A stretch of 32,740 nt of DNA from Acutalibacteraceae bacterium (lineage in GTDB: Bacteria; Bacillota; Clostridia; Oscillospirales; Acutalibacteraceae). Both the position numbers and the translations under genes were made by a program. Below the pieces are notes generated by a model. That model was not told the origin of the DNA. It made no database searches and worked only from the letters and a program-made list of their open reading frames with translations. Position 1 is the first letter of the stretch. Every line of letters starts with the position of its first letter. The stretch spans positions 1 to 32,740 of the forward strand of contig JBJEOD010000391.1 of the NCBI GenBank assembly GCA_051880535.1, given 5' to 3'. Shown here piece after piece: positions 8,224-16,781 of this stretch.

Positions 8224-10167
8224 TTAAATATCAAGATCGGTTGCAAATACCGCGTTTTCTTCAATAAATTTACGTCTCGGCTCGACCTCTTCACCCATTA
8301 ACATTGTAAAGGTCTGGTCTGCAAGCTCGGCGTCGGACATACTAACCTTTAGCATTGTCCTGTGCTCGGGGTCAAGGGTGGTTTCCCACAGCTGCTCTGG
8401 GTTCATTTCACCCAGACCCTTATACCGCTGAACATCAGGCTCGCCGCCCAATTCCGCAACGTATCTGTCCTTTTCCTCGTCGGTAAAGGCGTCAAAGTAT
8501 CTCTTGCCCTTTGCCACCCTGTAAAGCGGGGGCTGTGCCAAATAAACGTGACCCGTCTCGATAAGCTGAGGCATATAGCGGAAGAAGAAGGTGAGCAGCA
8601 GGGTTCTTATGTGGGAGCCGTCAACGTCGGCATCCGCCATAATAACAACCTTATCGTAGCGGAGCTTGTTTATATCAAAGTTTTCGGCAATTCCAGTGCC
8701 TAACGCCACGATTACGGGGGTCAGCTTATCGTTGCCGTAAACCTTATCAACCCTCGCCTTTTCGACGTTGAGCATTTTACCCCAAAGCGGAAGTATCGCC
8801 TGATAGGTGCTGTTTCTTCCCTCAACCGCCGAGCCGCCTGCGGAATCTCCCTCGACTATAAATATTTCGGTCTTGGTCGGGTCGTCGGATATACAGTCGG
8901 TCAGCTTTTCGGGCATTCTGGTTTTGCCGCCTATGCCCGATTTATTACGCTGTAACTCCCTCGCCTTCTGCGCCGCCTCGCGGGCGTTTGAGGAGGCTAT
9001 CGACTTATCAAGAATTATCTTTGCCTCGGTGGGGTGGTCCTCAAGATAATTCATCATCTTTTCGGCAACGATATTATTAACAAGGGTGCCTATCGAGGTA
9101 TTTCCCAGCTTTGCCTTGGTCTGGGATTCAAACTGCGCGTCGGTAAGCTTTACGCTTACAACCGCCACAAGACCCTCGTTAATATCCTCGCTTTTAAGGT
9201 TATTATCGTTATCCTTTAAAATTTTAAAGGTTCTTGCATATTTATTAATAACCCTGGCAAGACTTGTCTTAAAGGCGCTTTCGTGGGTGCCTCCGTCCAC
9301 GGTATGAATGGTGTTGGCGAAGGACATTATTTTAGTGTCGTACCCCGTGCTCCATAAAAGTGCGATTTCCGCCATAGAGTCGCCCGACGTGCCGTTTAAA
9401 TAGATAACGTTTTCGTTAAGTTTATCCTTTTTACTTTTTTCAAGCAGGTATTCTACATAGGATTTGATACCGCCCTCAAAGCAGAGATCCTCCTCTCTGC
9501 CCTCAATATCTGCGTCAGAGCGCTTATCAACAAGGACAATTCTTATTCCCGCATTAAGGAACGCCTGCTCGCGGAGTCTGTTTAAAAGAATATCAAAATC
9601 GTAGCGGGTTGTGTCGGTAAAAATTGTCGGGTCGGGCTTAAAGGTGACCTTGGTTCCCGTTTTATCGGTATCGCCTATAACCTTTAAATCGGTTTTTATA
9701 TTGCCCTTTTCGTATCTCTGGAGATAGACGTGACTGCCGTCGCATATCTCAACCTCCAGCCATTCCGAAAGTGCGTTTACAACCGACGCGCCCACGCCGT
9801 GAAGACCACCCGAAACCTTATAGCCGCTGCCGCCGAACTTACCGCCCGCGTGAAGAATGGTAAACACCACGCTGACCGTAGGAATACCCTTTTGCGGGTG
9901 AATACCCACAGGGATTCCGCGTCCGTTATCGGTAACCCTTATAACGCCGTCGTCAAGAATTTCAACCAGAATCTTGTCACAGTAGCCCGCTAATGCCTCG
10001 TCAATCGAGTTGTCTACTATTTCATAGACAAGGTGGTGAAGACCCCTTTCTCCCGTAGATCCGATATACATACCGGGGCGCTTTCTTACGGCTTCAAGTC
10101 CCTCTAAAACCTGTATGGAATTTTCATCATAGCTTTCCGTTACAGCCGCCGTTTCCTTACTCATCAT
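8224..10167 (-). CDS. gyrB: DNA gyrase subunit B
   Basis: It has the GHKL ATPase N-terminus (VDNSIDEA, GLHGVG), Toprim EGDSAGG and the PLYR and GLGEMNPEQLWETT motifs. The start is set at ATG 10167 (AAGGA SD) rather than GTG 10197. Confidence 0.97.
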   Translation of the reverse strand: MMSKETAAVTESYDENSIQVLEGLEAVRKRPGMYIGSTGERGLHHLVYEIVDNSIDEALAGYCDKILVEILDDGVIRVTDNGRGIPVGIHPQKGIPTVSVVFTILHAGGKFGGSGYKVSGGLHGVGASVVNALSEWLEVEICDGSHVYLQRYEKGNIKTDLKVIGDTDKTGTKVTFKPDPTIFTDTTRYDFDILLNRLREQAFLNAGIRIVLVDKRSDADIEGREEDLCFEGGIKSYVEYLLEKSKKDKLNENVIYLNGTSGDSMAEIALLWSTGYDTKIMSFANTIHTVDGGTHESAFKTSLARVINKYARTFKILKDNDNNLKSEDINEGLVAVVSVKLTDAQFESQTKAKLGNTSIGTLVNNIVAEKMMNYLEDHPTEAKIILDKSIASSNAREAAQKARELQRNKSGIGGKTRMPEKLTDCISDDPTKTEIFIVEGDSAGGSAVEGRNSTYQAILPLWGKMLNVEKARVDKVYGNDKLTPVIVALGTGIAENFDINKLRYDKVVIMADADVDGSHIRTLLLTFFFRYMPQLIETGHVYLAQPPLYRVAKGKRYFDAFTDEEKDRYVAELGGEPDVQRYKGLGEMNPEQLWETTLDPEHRTMLKVSMSDAELADQTFTMLMGEEVEPRRKFIEENAVFATDLDI

Positions 10168-10280
10168 ATCAATTCCTTTCGTCGAGAGCCTCAACACGCA
10201 GACGCGGACGAGTACCTCGTCACCCAGACGCGTATTTTAATTACTTCTAATTCTTAATCTTGTCTCTCGCGTTTATAGTT

Positions 10281-10544
10281 TTATTTTAAATCTAAATAAT
10301 TTGACCTTTTAAATAGAGTGGAGGAGGCTAATTGAGATATATACACCCTCTGCCTTTCTCCCTTTTTCCTGCACACCGCAAAGGATTTAGGCAGCTCGTA
10401 GGAGACGGTTATAACCTCTTTATTCTTTTCCGCCTTATTTAAAAAATTGCGGGTGTGCTTTGATACGGTTGTGCTTTCAAGGTCAAAAATGCCCACAAGC
10501 TCGCTTGTTTTAACCACGGTGCCCTGTCCTAAATGAATATACAT
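10281..10544 (-). CDS. remB: DUF370 protein (RemB/YaaB-like), in the conserved position between recF and gyrB
   Basis: 87-aa ORF between recF and gyrB, as yaaB is in Bacillus. Its start overlaps the recF stop (TAATG). Confidence 0.7.
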   Translation of the reverse strand: MYIHLGQGTVVKTSELVGIFDLESTTVSKHTRNFLNKAEKNKEVITVSYELPKSFAVCRKKGERQRVYISQLASSTLFKRSNYLDLK

Positions 10545-11608
10545 TACACAATCCGTCCGTTCTTTATTTCAATTATTTTTCCGCTTTTAAGCCTTCCCAC
10601 GTTTGAGGGGTCACAGCAGGTTATAAATGACTGTATTCCCTTTATGTGGTTTAAAATGTAGCTTTGCCGCTCGGGGTCAAGCTCGCTCATAACGTCGTCC
10701 AGCAGAAAAACGGGATATTCGCCCGAGATTTTGTTTATAACCTCCGCCTCCGCAAGCTTTACCGCCAGCGCAACACTCCGTTTTTGCCCTTGGGAGCCGT
10801 AGCTTCTTGCAGAGATACCGTTGATTTTAAATTCAAGGTCGTCCCTGTGGGGACCTACCGAGGTTGTACCCGAAAACATATCGTTTTTTCTTGCAGTTAA
10901 AAGCGCCTGTCTTAAATCCTCGCCCTCAAAGGAGGCGACATATTCGGTTTCAAGCGCCTCCCTGCCTGATGAAAGTCCGCTGTAAACCTCGGGCAAAAAT
11001 TCGTTAAGCCTTGTAATATATTTTTTCCTTATCTCGGTAATTTTTGCACCCTTTAAGGCAATTTCCTCCTCAAAAATATCAAGCATATCCGAAAGGGAGA
11101 AATTATATTTTATATCCTTTATAACGCTGTTTCGCTGACTTACCGCCCTCAAATAGCCCTTAAGGGTAGAAATATAGGAGGGATAAAGCTGACCTATCGC
11201 AATATCAAGAAATCTTCTTCTTACCGCAGGACCGTCCCTTACAAGTCCCAAATCGTTAGGCGAAAAGACCGCCGCATTGAATTTTCCCGCCATCAAGGAG
11301 GGGGCTTTAAGCCTGTTATTATTAAAAACCGCCGTTCGGTGCTCCTTTATCTCAATTTCCGCCTCGTTCTCAATACCCTCGGCTGAAAATTTAAGATTTA
11401 AGCCCGCCTTTTCACAGCCGAACCGCACAAACGCCGAATCCTTAGCGCCCCTGAAGCTTTTCATTCCCGTGAAAAGCCAGATTCCCTCTAACAGATTGGT
11501 TTTTCCCTGCGCGTTTTCGCCGCAGATAACGTTCATTTCTTCAAAGGAGTCTATTTCTATTTCGGGTATATTCCTGAAATCGCGGCATGAAAAGCTTGAA
11601 ATTCTCAT
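10544..11608 (-). CDS. recF: DNA replication and repair protein RecF
   Basis: It has the Walker A GENAQGKTNLLEG, an SMC-like signature region (GSQGQKRSVALA) and Walker B FLLDDVMSELD. Synteny is dnaN-yaaA-recF. Confidence 0.95.
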   Translation of the reverse strand: MRISSFSCRDFRNIPEIEIDSFEEMNVICGENAQGKTNLLEGIWLFTGMKSFRGAKDSAFVRFGCEKAGLNLKFSAEGIENEAEIEIKEHRTAVFNNNRLKAPSLMAGKFNAAVFSPNDLGLVRDGPAVRRRFLDIAIGQLYPSYISTLKGYLRAVSQRNSVIKDIKYNFSLSDMLDIFEEEIALKGAKITEIRKKYITRLNEFLPEVYSGLSSGREALETEYVASFEGEDLRQALLTARKNDMFSGTTSVGPHRDDLEFKINGISARSYGSQGQKRSVALAVKLAEAEVINKISGEYPVFLLDDVMSELDPERQSYILNHIKGIQSFITCCDPSNVGRLKSGKIIEIKNGRIV

Positions 11609-11817
11609 TCTATTATGAACCCTGCGCCGTCAAATTCCGCGCTGTCGCCGCTTTTAAGCTTTTTTCCTCTGGCACAGCAGATTTCGCCGTTTACCTTGAC
11701 CTCGCCGTTCTGAATAACGGTTTTAGCGTGTCCCCCTGTTGAGACAAGCCCCGCTAATTTCATCGCGCTGTCAAGCCTTATAAAATCTTCCTTTATGGAA
11801 AGCCTTTTATACTCCAT
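11605..11817 (-). CDS. yaaA: S4-domain RNA-binding protein YaaA
   Basis: 70 aa with an S4-like segment RLDSAMKLAGLVSTGGHAKTVIQNGEVKVNGE. It occupies the conserved slot between dnaN and recF, with overlapping stop/start codons on both sides. Confidence 0.85.
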   Translation of the reverse strand: MEYKRLSIKEDFIRLDSAMKLAGLVSTGGHAKTVIQNGEVKVNGEICCARGKKLKSGDSAEFDGAGFIIE

Positions 11818-12917
11818 TATCTCAACCTCATAGGCATTATCATATACTTAAAGTCGTCCCCCTCGACCGGCGTAATAAGCACGCCGGAATTAGGTCCGTT
11901 AAATAATATCTGAACCTGCTCGGTCTCTGAGGCTTTAAGCGCCTCTAAAAGATAGCGGCTGTTAAGACCTATTTCAAAGCTGCTGCCCTCAACCTTGGTG
12001 TTAAAGGTCTCGGTTGCCCTTCCCATAGAGGTAGCACAGGTAAATACCACGTTAAGCTCGTTAAAATAACAGCGCACGGGGGTAGAGAAGGATTCGCTTA
12101 TTAAAAGTGATACGCGCTCAACAGTGTTAATAAGCTCCCGTGTGTTTACCACCACCCTTTGCATATATTCTGTCGGAATGGTTTTTTGGTAGTTTACAAA
12201 ATCGCCCTCAAAAAGTCGGGAAATAAAGTCGTAGCCGTTAATGTTAAAGCTTATAAGCCTTTCGCCCACGTTTATTTCAACCTTTTCGGTTTCCTCATCT
12301 ATAAGCTTTACCGCCTCGCCGATAGCCCTTCCTGATATAATAAAGGAAAAATTGTCCGAAATGTCAACCTTGTGTTTTCTGATTGCCAGCCGATAACCGT
12401 CGATTGCTACAAATTGCATAATTCCGTCCTCAACGGTTACGTTAATTCCTGTTAAAATCGGCTTAGCACCCTCGCTCTGTGCCGCGGCGAAAAAGGTACC
12501 TCTCACCATTTCGGAAAGCACTGTGCCGTCTATTACCACACTGCCCGCGTTTCCCACGGTAGGCATTTCGGGAAAATCCTCCGCCGCCATACCCATAATA
12601 TCAAAGGTTGCCTCGCCGCATTTTATGTGGCAGTTAAGACGGGAATCGGCAGAAATTTCAACCTGTACGCCGTTCATTCTCCTTAAAATATCCGAAAGAA
12701 GCTTTGCGTTTATTACAATGTCGCCTGCCTCGTCGCATTTAGCGTAGATTTCCTTTTTCATTCCCATTTCAAGATTATAGGAAATAAGGGTAACCTTGCC
12801 CTGCTCCGCCGAGATTAAAATACCCTCAAGCACAGGCATGGAGGTTTTTGCTCCCACAACGCGCTGCAGCTTTGAAACCGCGTCAAGAAGCTTTTGGCGC
12901 TCAACAGAAAAAATCAT
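11817..12917 (-). CDS. dnaN: DNA polymerase III beta sliding clamp
   Basis: Three-domain clamp-length ORF directly downstream of dnaA. The start is set at ATG 12917 with a perfect AGGAGG SD (the ORF-track TTG 12938 is an extension). Confidence 0.95.
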   Translation of the reverse strand: MIFSVERQKLLDAVSKLQRVVGAKTSMPVLEGILISAEQGKVTLISYNLEMGMKKEIYAKCDEAGDIVINAKLLSDILRRMNGVQVEISADSRLNCHIKCGEATFDIMGMAAEDFPEMPTVGNAGSVVIDGTVLSEMVRGTFFAAAQSEGAKPILTGINVTVEDGIMQFVAIDGYRLAIRKHKVDISDNFSFIISGRAIGEAVKLIDEETEKVEINVGERLISFNINGYDFISRLFEGDFVNYQKTIPTEYMQRVVVNTRELINTVERVSLLISESFSTPVRCYFNELNVVFTCATSMGRATETFNTKVEGSSFEIGLNSRYLLEALKASETEQVQILFNGPNSGVLITPVEGDDFKYMIMPMRLR

Positions 12918-13129
12918 ATTTTTTCCTCCTAAAAACAATATAAAAATAACAGTAGTAATAAGGGGTGTTAAAACGGTGGAAAACCTTATTAAAGCCTTTT
13001 GTAAGCGGAAAAGCGGCGGTTAAATAAAAAATGGATAAAAACTTGATAAGTTTAACGATAAAAAGTTGTTAACCGCCCGTTTAATAACTTTCAGGTTAAT
13101 TAAGGTTGATAACTTTAATAACTTGTCCC
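12918..13129. other. Candidate oriC segment (dnaA-dnaN intergenic, incC-like) with an AT-rich unwinding tract and degenerate DnaA boxes
   Basis: The position matches Firmicute oriC. There is an AT-rich tract at 12931-12952, then TAG-TAA-TAA at 12953-12961 followed by GGGG. Three DnaA boxes carry 2 mismatches: GGTGGAAAA 12975-12983, AATGGATAA 13030-13038 and GGTTGATAA 13104-13112. GATAA cores at 13034, 13045 and 13057 are phased 11-12 bp apart. I found no box with 0-1 mismatch. Confidence 0.5.
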
Positions 13130-14470
13130 TTAAAAATCAGATGAGCTTGTTGTAAGATTCTTAATAATATCGTCCACAAGCTCCTTTTCATATGGCTTGT
13201 CCTTTAAGAAGCTTTCAATCCGATTCACGTTGTAAAGCACAGTGGTATGGTCCTTGCCGAAGCTTTCGCCAATCGCCTTGTAGGAAAGGTTTGTGGTCTC
13301 CCTTGCAATATACATCGCCACCTGACGTGCAAGCGCCAAGGCGGAGGTGCGGCGGTTGGATAAAATATCGCTTTCGGAAACATTGTAGGTTTTAGCAACC
13401 TCGGCAATTATCTTTTCAATCTTAATAGGCTCGGGCTGGGTGTCGTTTATAATGTCCCTTATAAAGCCCTGCACTACCGCGAGGGTGGGAACCTTGTTCT
13501 GAATAGAAACATATGCCTCAATTTTCTTAACCACACCCTCAAGCTGACGGGTGTTGACCTTTATATGCTCCGCAATGTAAAAAACAAGGCTTTCATCGAT
13601 ATAGAGGTTAAGCTTTTCCGCCTTCTTCTGAATAATACCTACCCGCGTTTCAAAATCGGGCAGGGATATATCCGCAAACAGACCGCTTTCAAAGCGGGAG
13701 CGGATACGGTCGTCGAGGGTTTTAATCTCCCTGGGCGGACGGTCAAGGGTTACCACTATCTGCTTATTGTTCTGATAAAGGGTATTAAAGGTGTTGAAGA
13801 ACTCCTCCTGGGTCTGCTCCTTGCCGGCGATAAAATGAATATCGTCTATCAAAAGCACGTCCACTCCCCGGTATTTGTTGCGGAAGTCGTCTATCGTGCC
13901 AAGCCCCAGCTTACCGTCCTGCAAGGCCTTGATAAGCTCGTTGGTGAAATCCTCACCGCGGGTGTAAACAATTTTTTTGTAAGGAAAATTTTTCTTTATC
14001 TGATTCTTTATAGCAAGCATAAGATGGGTTTTTCCGACACCCGAGGGGCCGTAAATTACAAGCGGGTTGTAGGTTATGCTGCTGTTATTGGCAACCGCTA
14101 AGGAGGCGGCGTGGGCAAAGCGGTTTGTTGAGCCTACCACAAAGTTTGAAAAGGTGAAAAAATCCTCAAAGGTAAGTCCGTCACTGAACTGCTCGGCTTT
14201 GGCGATTTTTTCCTCGTCGTCCTCGAATACTATTTTTACGTCTATTGCAATACCCATAACCTTTTTTATGGCGTTCTTTAAAATTTCGGTATAGTTCTGC
14301 TCCACCACGCCGCGCATATACTCGTTGTTAATGGAAAGGACAAAAACTCCGGCGTCGAGAGAAACGGGCTTAAGATTCTTCAAAAAGCAGTCAAAGGCTA
14401 CTTCCGAGATAGTTTTTTTACATTCCTCACAAACGGCGGACCATATGTCGTCAATTGAATTTATCGGCAT
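13130..14470 (-). CDS. dnaA: Chromosomal replication initiator protein DnaA
   Basis: It has the AAA+ Walker A GPSGVGKTHL, Walker B LLIDDIHF and a C-terminal DnaA-box-binding HTH (DHTTVLYN). The start is set at ATG 14470 (AAAGGGTGG SD 8 nt upstream); the ORF-track start 14482 is GTG. Confidence 0.97.
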   Translation of the reverse strand: MPINSIDDIWSAVCEECKKTISEVAFDCFLKNLKPVSLDAGVFVLSINNEYMRGVVEQNYTEILKNAIKKVMGIAIDVKIVFEDDEEKIAKAEQFSDGLTFEDFFTFSNFVVGSTNRFAHAASLAVANNSSITYNPLVIYGPSGVGKTHLMLAIKNQIKKNFPYKKIVYTRGEDFTNELIKALQDGKLGLGTIDDFRNKYRGVDVLLIDDIHFIAGKEQTQEEFFNTFNTLYQNNKQIVVTLDRPPREIKTLDDRIRSRFESGLFADISLPDFETRVGIIQKKAEKLNLYIDESLVFYIAEHIKVNTRQLEGVVKKIEAYVSIQNKVPTLAVVQGFIRDIINDTQPEPIKIEKIIAEVAKTYNVSESDILSNRRTSALALARQVAMYIARETTNLSYKAIGESFGKDHTTVLYNVNRIESFLKDKPYEKELVDDIIKNLTTSSSDF

Positions 14471-14614
14471 TATGTAAACCACCCTTTATATATTATTACA
14501 ATCTAATACAGTATACCATAAATTTAAAAATTTTTCAACTTTTTTAGAGTAAAAAAGGGGATTATTTTTTATAAAAGGGGAAAGCTTTTAAAAAAAGGAA
14601 AAAGGGGTCTTAAA

Positions 14615-15460
14615 ATGGCGGTAAGAACGGATTTAGCGCTTGAATTAAGAGAATCGCTGCCTTACTCGGCAGAGGGTGTTGAGGAGAGCACCGAGACCGA
14701 CGGAGATATAAGGCTTACACGGATAAAAATTACCTCCGAGGAGGGTGAAAGGGCGATAGGGCGGCAAAAGGGAAATTATATAACTTTGGAATTTCCCTCC
14801 ATTTTGCAGATAAGCGATTATTCAGCCCTTAAAAACGCGGTTATAAGGGAGTTAAGACAGCTTGTCGGAGAAAAAGAAAAAATACTTGTGGCGGGGCTCG
14901 GCAATACCGATATTACCCCCGACGCGGTGGGACCCCTTACCGCAAGGCAAATACTCGCGACAAGGCACATAACGGGTCAGTTTGCCGAAAGCATAGGGCT
15001 CAAAGGGCTTAAAAGCGTATCGGTTATATCTCCGGGGGTGCTCGGTCAGACCGGGATAGAGACAACCGAGCTTATAAACGGGGCGGTCAGTACGGTAAAG
15101 CCCGACGCGGTAATTGTAATAGACGCCCTCGCCGCGGCAAGCACAGAAAGGCTTTTTAAGACGGTTCAGCTGAGTGACACGGGAATTTCGCCCGGCTCGG
15201 GGGTAAAAAATTCAAGAAAGCAGATAAACGAAAAAAACCTCGGCGTGCCTGTTATCGCTGTAGGCGTTCCCACGGTTATGGACGCCGAGGCTCTTGCCGC
15301 AGAGCTTACGGGCAAGGAGAGCGAAAAAAGCATAGATATGTTTGTAACGCCCAAGGAGGTAGACCTGTTATGCGACAGAATAAGCGAGATATTAGCAAAT
15401 GCGCTTAATATCTTTTTACAGCCCGAAATTGACGCGGATATAATAGCCCAGCTGGTATAA
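14615..15460 (+). CDS. gpr: Germination protease (GPR endopeptidase)
   Basis: VRTDLALE at the N-terminus, GLGNTDITPDAVGP, IDALAA, SDTGISPGSGV and GVPVIAVGVPTV all align by eye with B. subtilis Gpr. It is adjacent to spoIIP, as in Bacillus. Confidence 0.9.
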   Translation: MAVRTDLALELRESLPYSAEGVEESTETDGDIRLTRIKITSEEGERAIGRQKGNYITLEFPSILQISDYSALKNAVIRELRQLVGEKEKILVAGLGNTDITPDAVGPLTARQILATRHITGQFAESIGLKGLKSVSVISPGVLGQTGIETTELINGAVSTVKPDAVIVIDALAAASTERLFKTVQLSDTGISPGSGVKNSRKQINEKNLGVPVIAVGVPTVMDAEALAAELTGKESEKSIDMFVTPKEVDLLCDRISEILANALNIFLQPEIDADIIAQLV

Positions 15461-15504
15461 CCCGAAATTTTCCCGCATAAAATAGCTGTGTGGGAGGCGG
15501 TAGA

Positions 15505-16545
15505 ATGCGCGGAAATTCAGGAATTACACGGCTTATTTGCGTTTTTTCGGTCGCCGTCGCCTTGATAGGCTACAACGCCTACGGGATCTGCTTTAAGGGC
15601 GGAGTCCAAAACAGCAGTAAGACAAGCGCCGAAAGCGAGGAAATCACGTTTTCAGAGCCCGAAAGCCTACCGCAGGATACCTCGGAAGAAGAAAGCACTT
15701 CTATTGCTTCCACGTCGGAAAACGCGTCGGTCGCGGCAAGCACGGGCGGCAATGTAAAGGGTAAGATTATAAGCAGATATATCTCCCCCTACGGCGCGGG
15801 TCTTTCATACAGCAAGGTTTATTTAAAGAACAGCACCAACCTTGAAATAAATATAAAGGAGCTGCTTGAAGCCTCATTAGGCTTTAAAATTGTAAAAAAC
15901 GACAGCCCGCAGGTGCTTATAATGCATACCCACACCACCGAGACCTATATGACCGAGGAAACGGATTACTACACCGACGCCTTTTCCTCCCGCACCCGGG
16001 ACAAGGAGAAAAATATGGTAAGCGTGGGCAATATAGTTGCGGATAAGCTTAACGCCGCAGGCATAAAGACCCTGCACGATACTACCGAGCACGATTATCC
16101 CAACTACACAGGCAGCTACACCCGCGCGGCGGAGACTATAACGGGGTATTTAAAAAAGTACCCATCAATAAAGATAGTGCTCGACCTGCACCGCGACGCC
16201 GTAAGCTCGGGAGAGAGCGATAAGGTAAAGCTGCTAACCGAAATAAACGGGAAAAAGGCGGCGCAGGTAATGCTGGTTATGGGCTCCCAGAGCGGGAGCG
16301 TCACCAATTTTCCCAAATGGAAGGAAAATTTAAAGCTGGCAGTAAAATTACAGGAGAAGATTGAGGAAAAATACCCCACCTTAGCGCGCCCCTTAAGTCT
16401 GATGTCAAAGAATTACAATGAAAGCCTTACTACAGGCTCCTTGCTTATTGAATTCGGCACCGACGCGAACACGGTAGTCGAGGCGCATTATTCCGCCGAG
16501 CTTGTAGGAAACGCAATAGCGGAATTACTAAACGGTCTTACATAA
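15505..16545 (+). CDS. spoIIP: Stage II sporulation protein P (engulfment amidase/endopeptidase)
   Basis: It has an N-terminal TM segment and the IMHTHTTETY and DLHRDA motifs typical of SpoIIP. The start is set at ATG 15505 (GGAGG SD 7 nt upstream); ORF-track 15490 is GTG. Confidence 0.9.
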   Translation: MRGNSGITRLICVFSVAVALIGYNAYGICFKGGVQNSSKTSAESEEITFSEPESLPQDTSEEESTSIASTSENASVAASTGGNVKGKIISRYISPYGAGLSYSKVYLKNSTNLEINIKELLEASLGFKIVKNDSPQVLIMHTHTTETYMTEETDYYTDAFSSRTRDKEKNMVSVGNIVADKLNAAGIKTLHDTTEHDYPNYTGSYTRAAETITGYLKKYPSIKIVLDLHRDAVSSGESDKVKLLTEINGKKAAQVMLVMGSQSGSVTNFPKWKENLKLAVKLQEKIEEKYPTLARPLSLMSKNYNESLTTGSLLIEFGTDANTVVEAHYSAELVGNAIAELLNGLT

Positions 16546-16564
16546 AATTAAAGGAGAGATTTAT

Positions 16565-16756
16565 ATAAAAGTAAGGCTGTTTTTTAAATCGTTCTATCTT
16601 TCGGCGGTGATACTTTTTTGTCTGGTTTTCGGCATTGTCGGAACGGCAAGGGCTTATGAAAAAACAAGGCTCGTCGGCTTCGGCGAGTACCGAAAGGCCG
16701 TCGAGCTGGACGGAAATATTTTAAGAATACTTGATTTTGAAATTGAGCTTTTTTAA
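16565..16756 (+). CDS. Candidate unannotated small secreted/membrane peptide (about 63 codons) with a non-canonical start
   Basis: A strong SD AAAGGAGAG (16549-16558) follows the spoIIP stop. The only open frame is 16532-16756, and it has no ATG/GTG/TTG before GTG 16607. ATA 16565 lies 8 nt after GGAG. The product IKVRLFFKSFYLSAVILFCLVFGIVGTARA/YEKTRLVGFGEYRKAVELDGNILRILDFEIELF has an n-h-c signal-peptide layout with an A-x-A site. Confidence 0.35.
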   Translation: MKVRLFFKSFYLSAVILFCLVFGIVGTARAYEKTRLVGFGEYRKAVELDGNILRILDFEIELF

Positions 16757-16781
16757 TTTTTTACAGCGGATGTAATTTACA

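Noticed and set aside
13565-14101. 178-aa plus-strand ORF antisense to dnaA, and other antisense ORFs within gyrA, gyrB, recF, dnaN, trkH, trkA, U32 and thyX
   Set aside because: All are nested in strongly supported conserved genes on the opposite strand, lack SD sequences, and translate to low-complexity or unrecognisable products.
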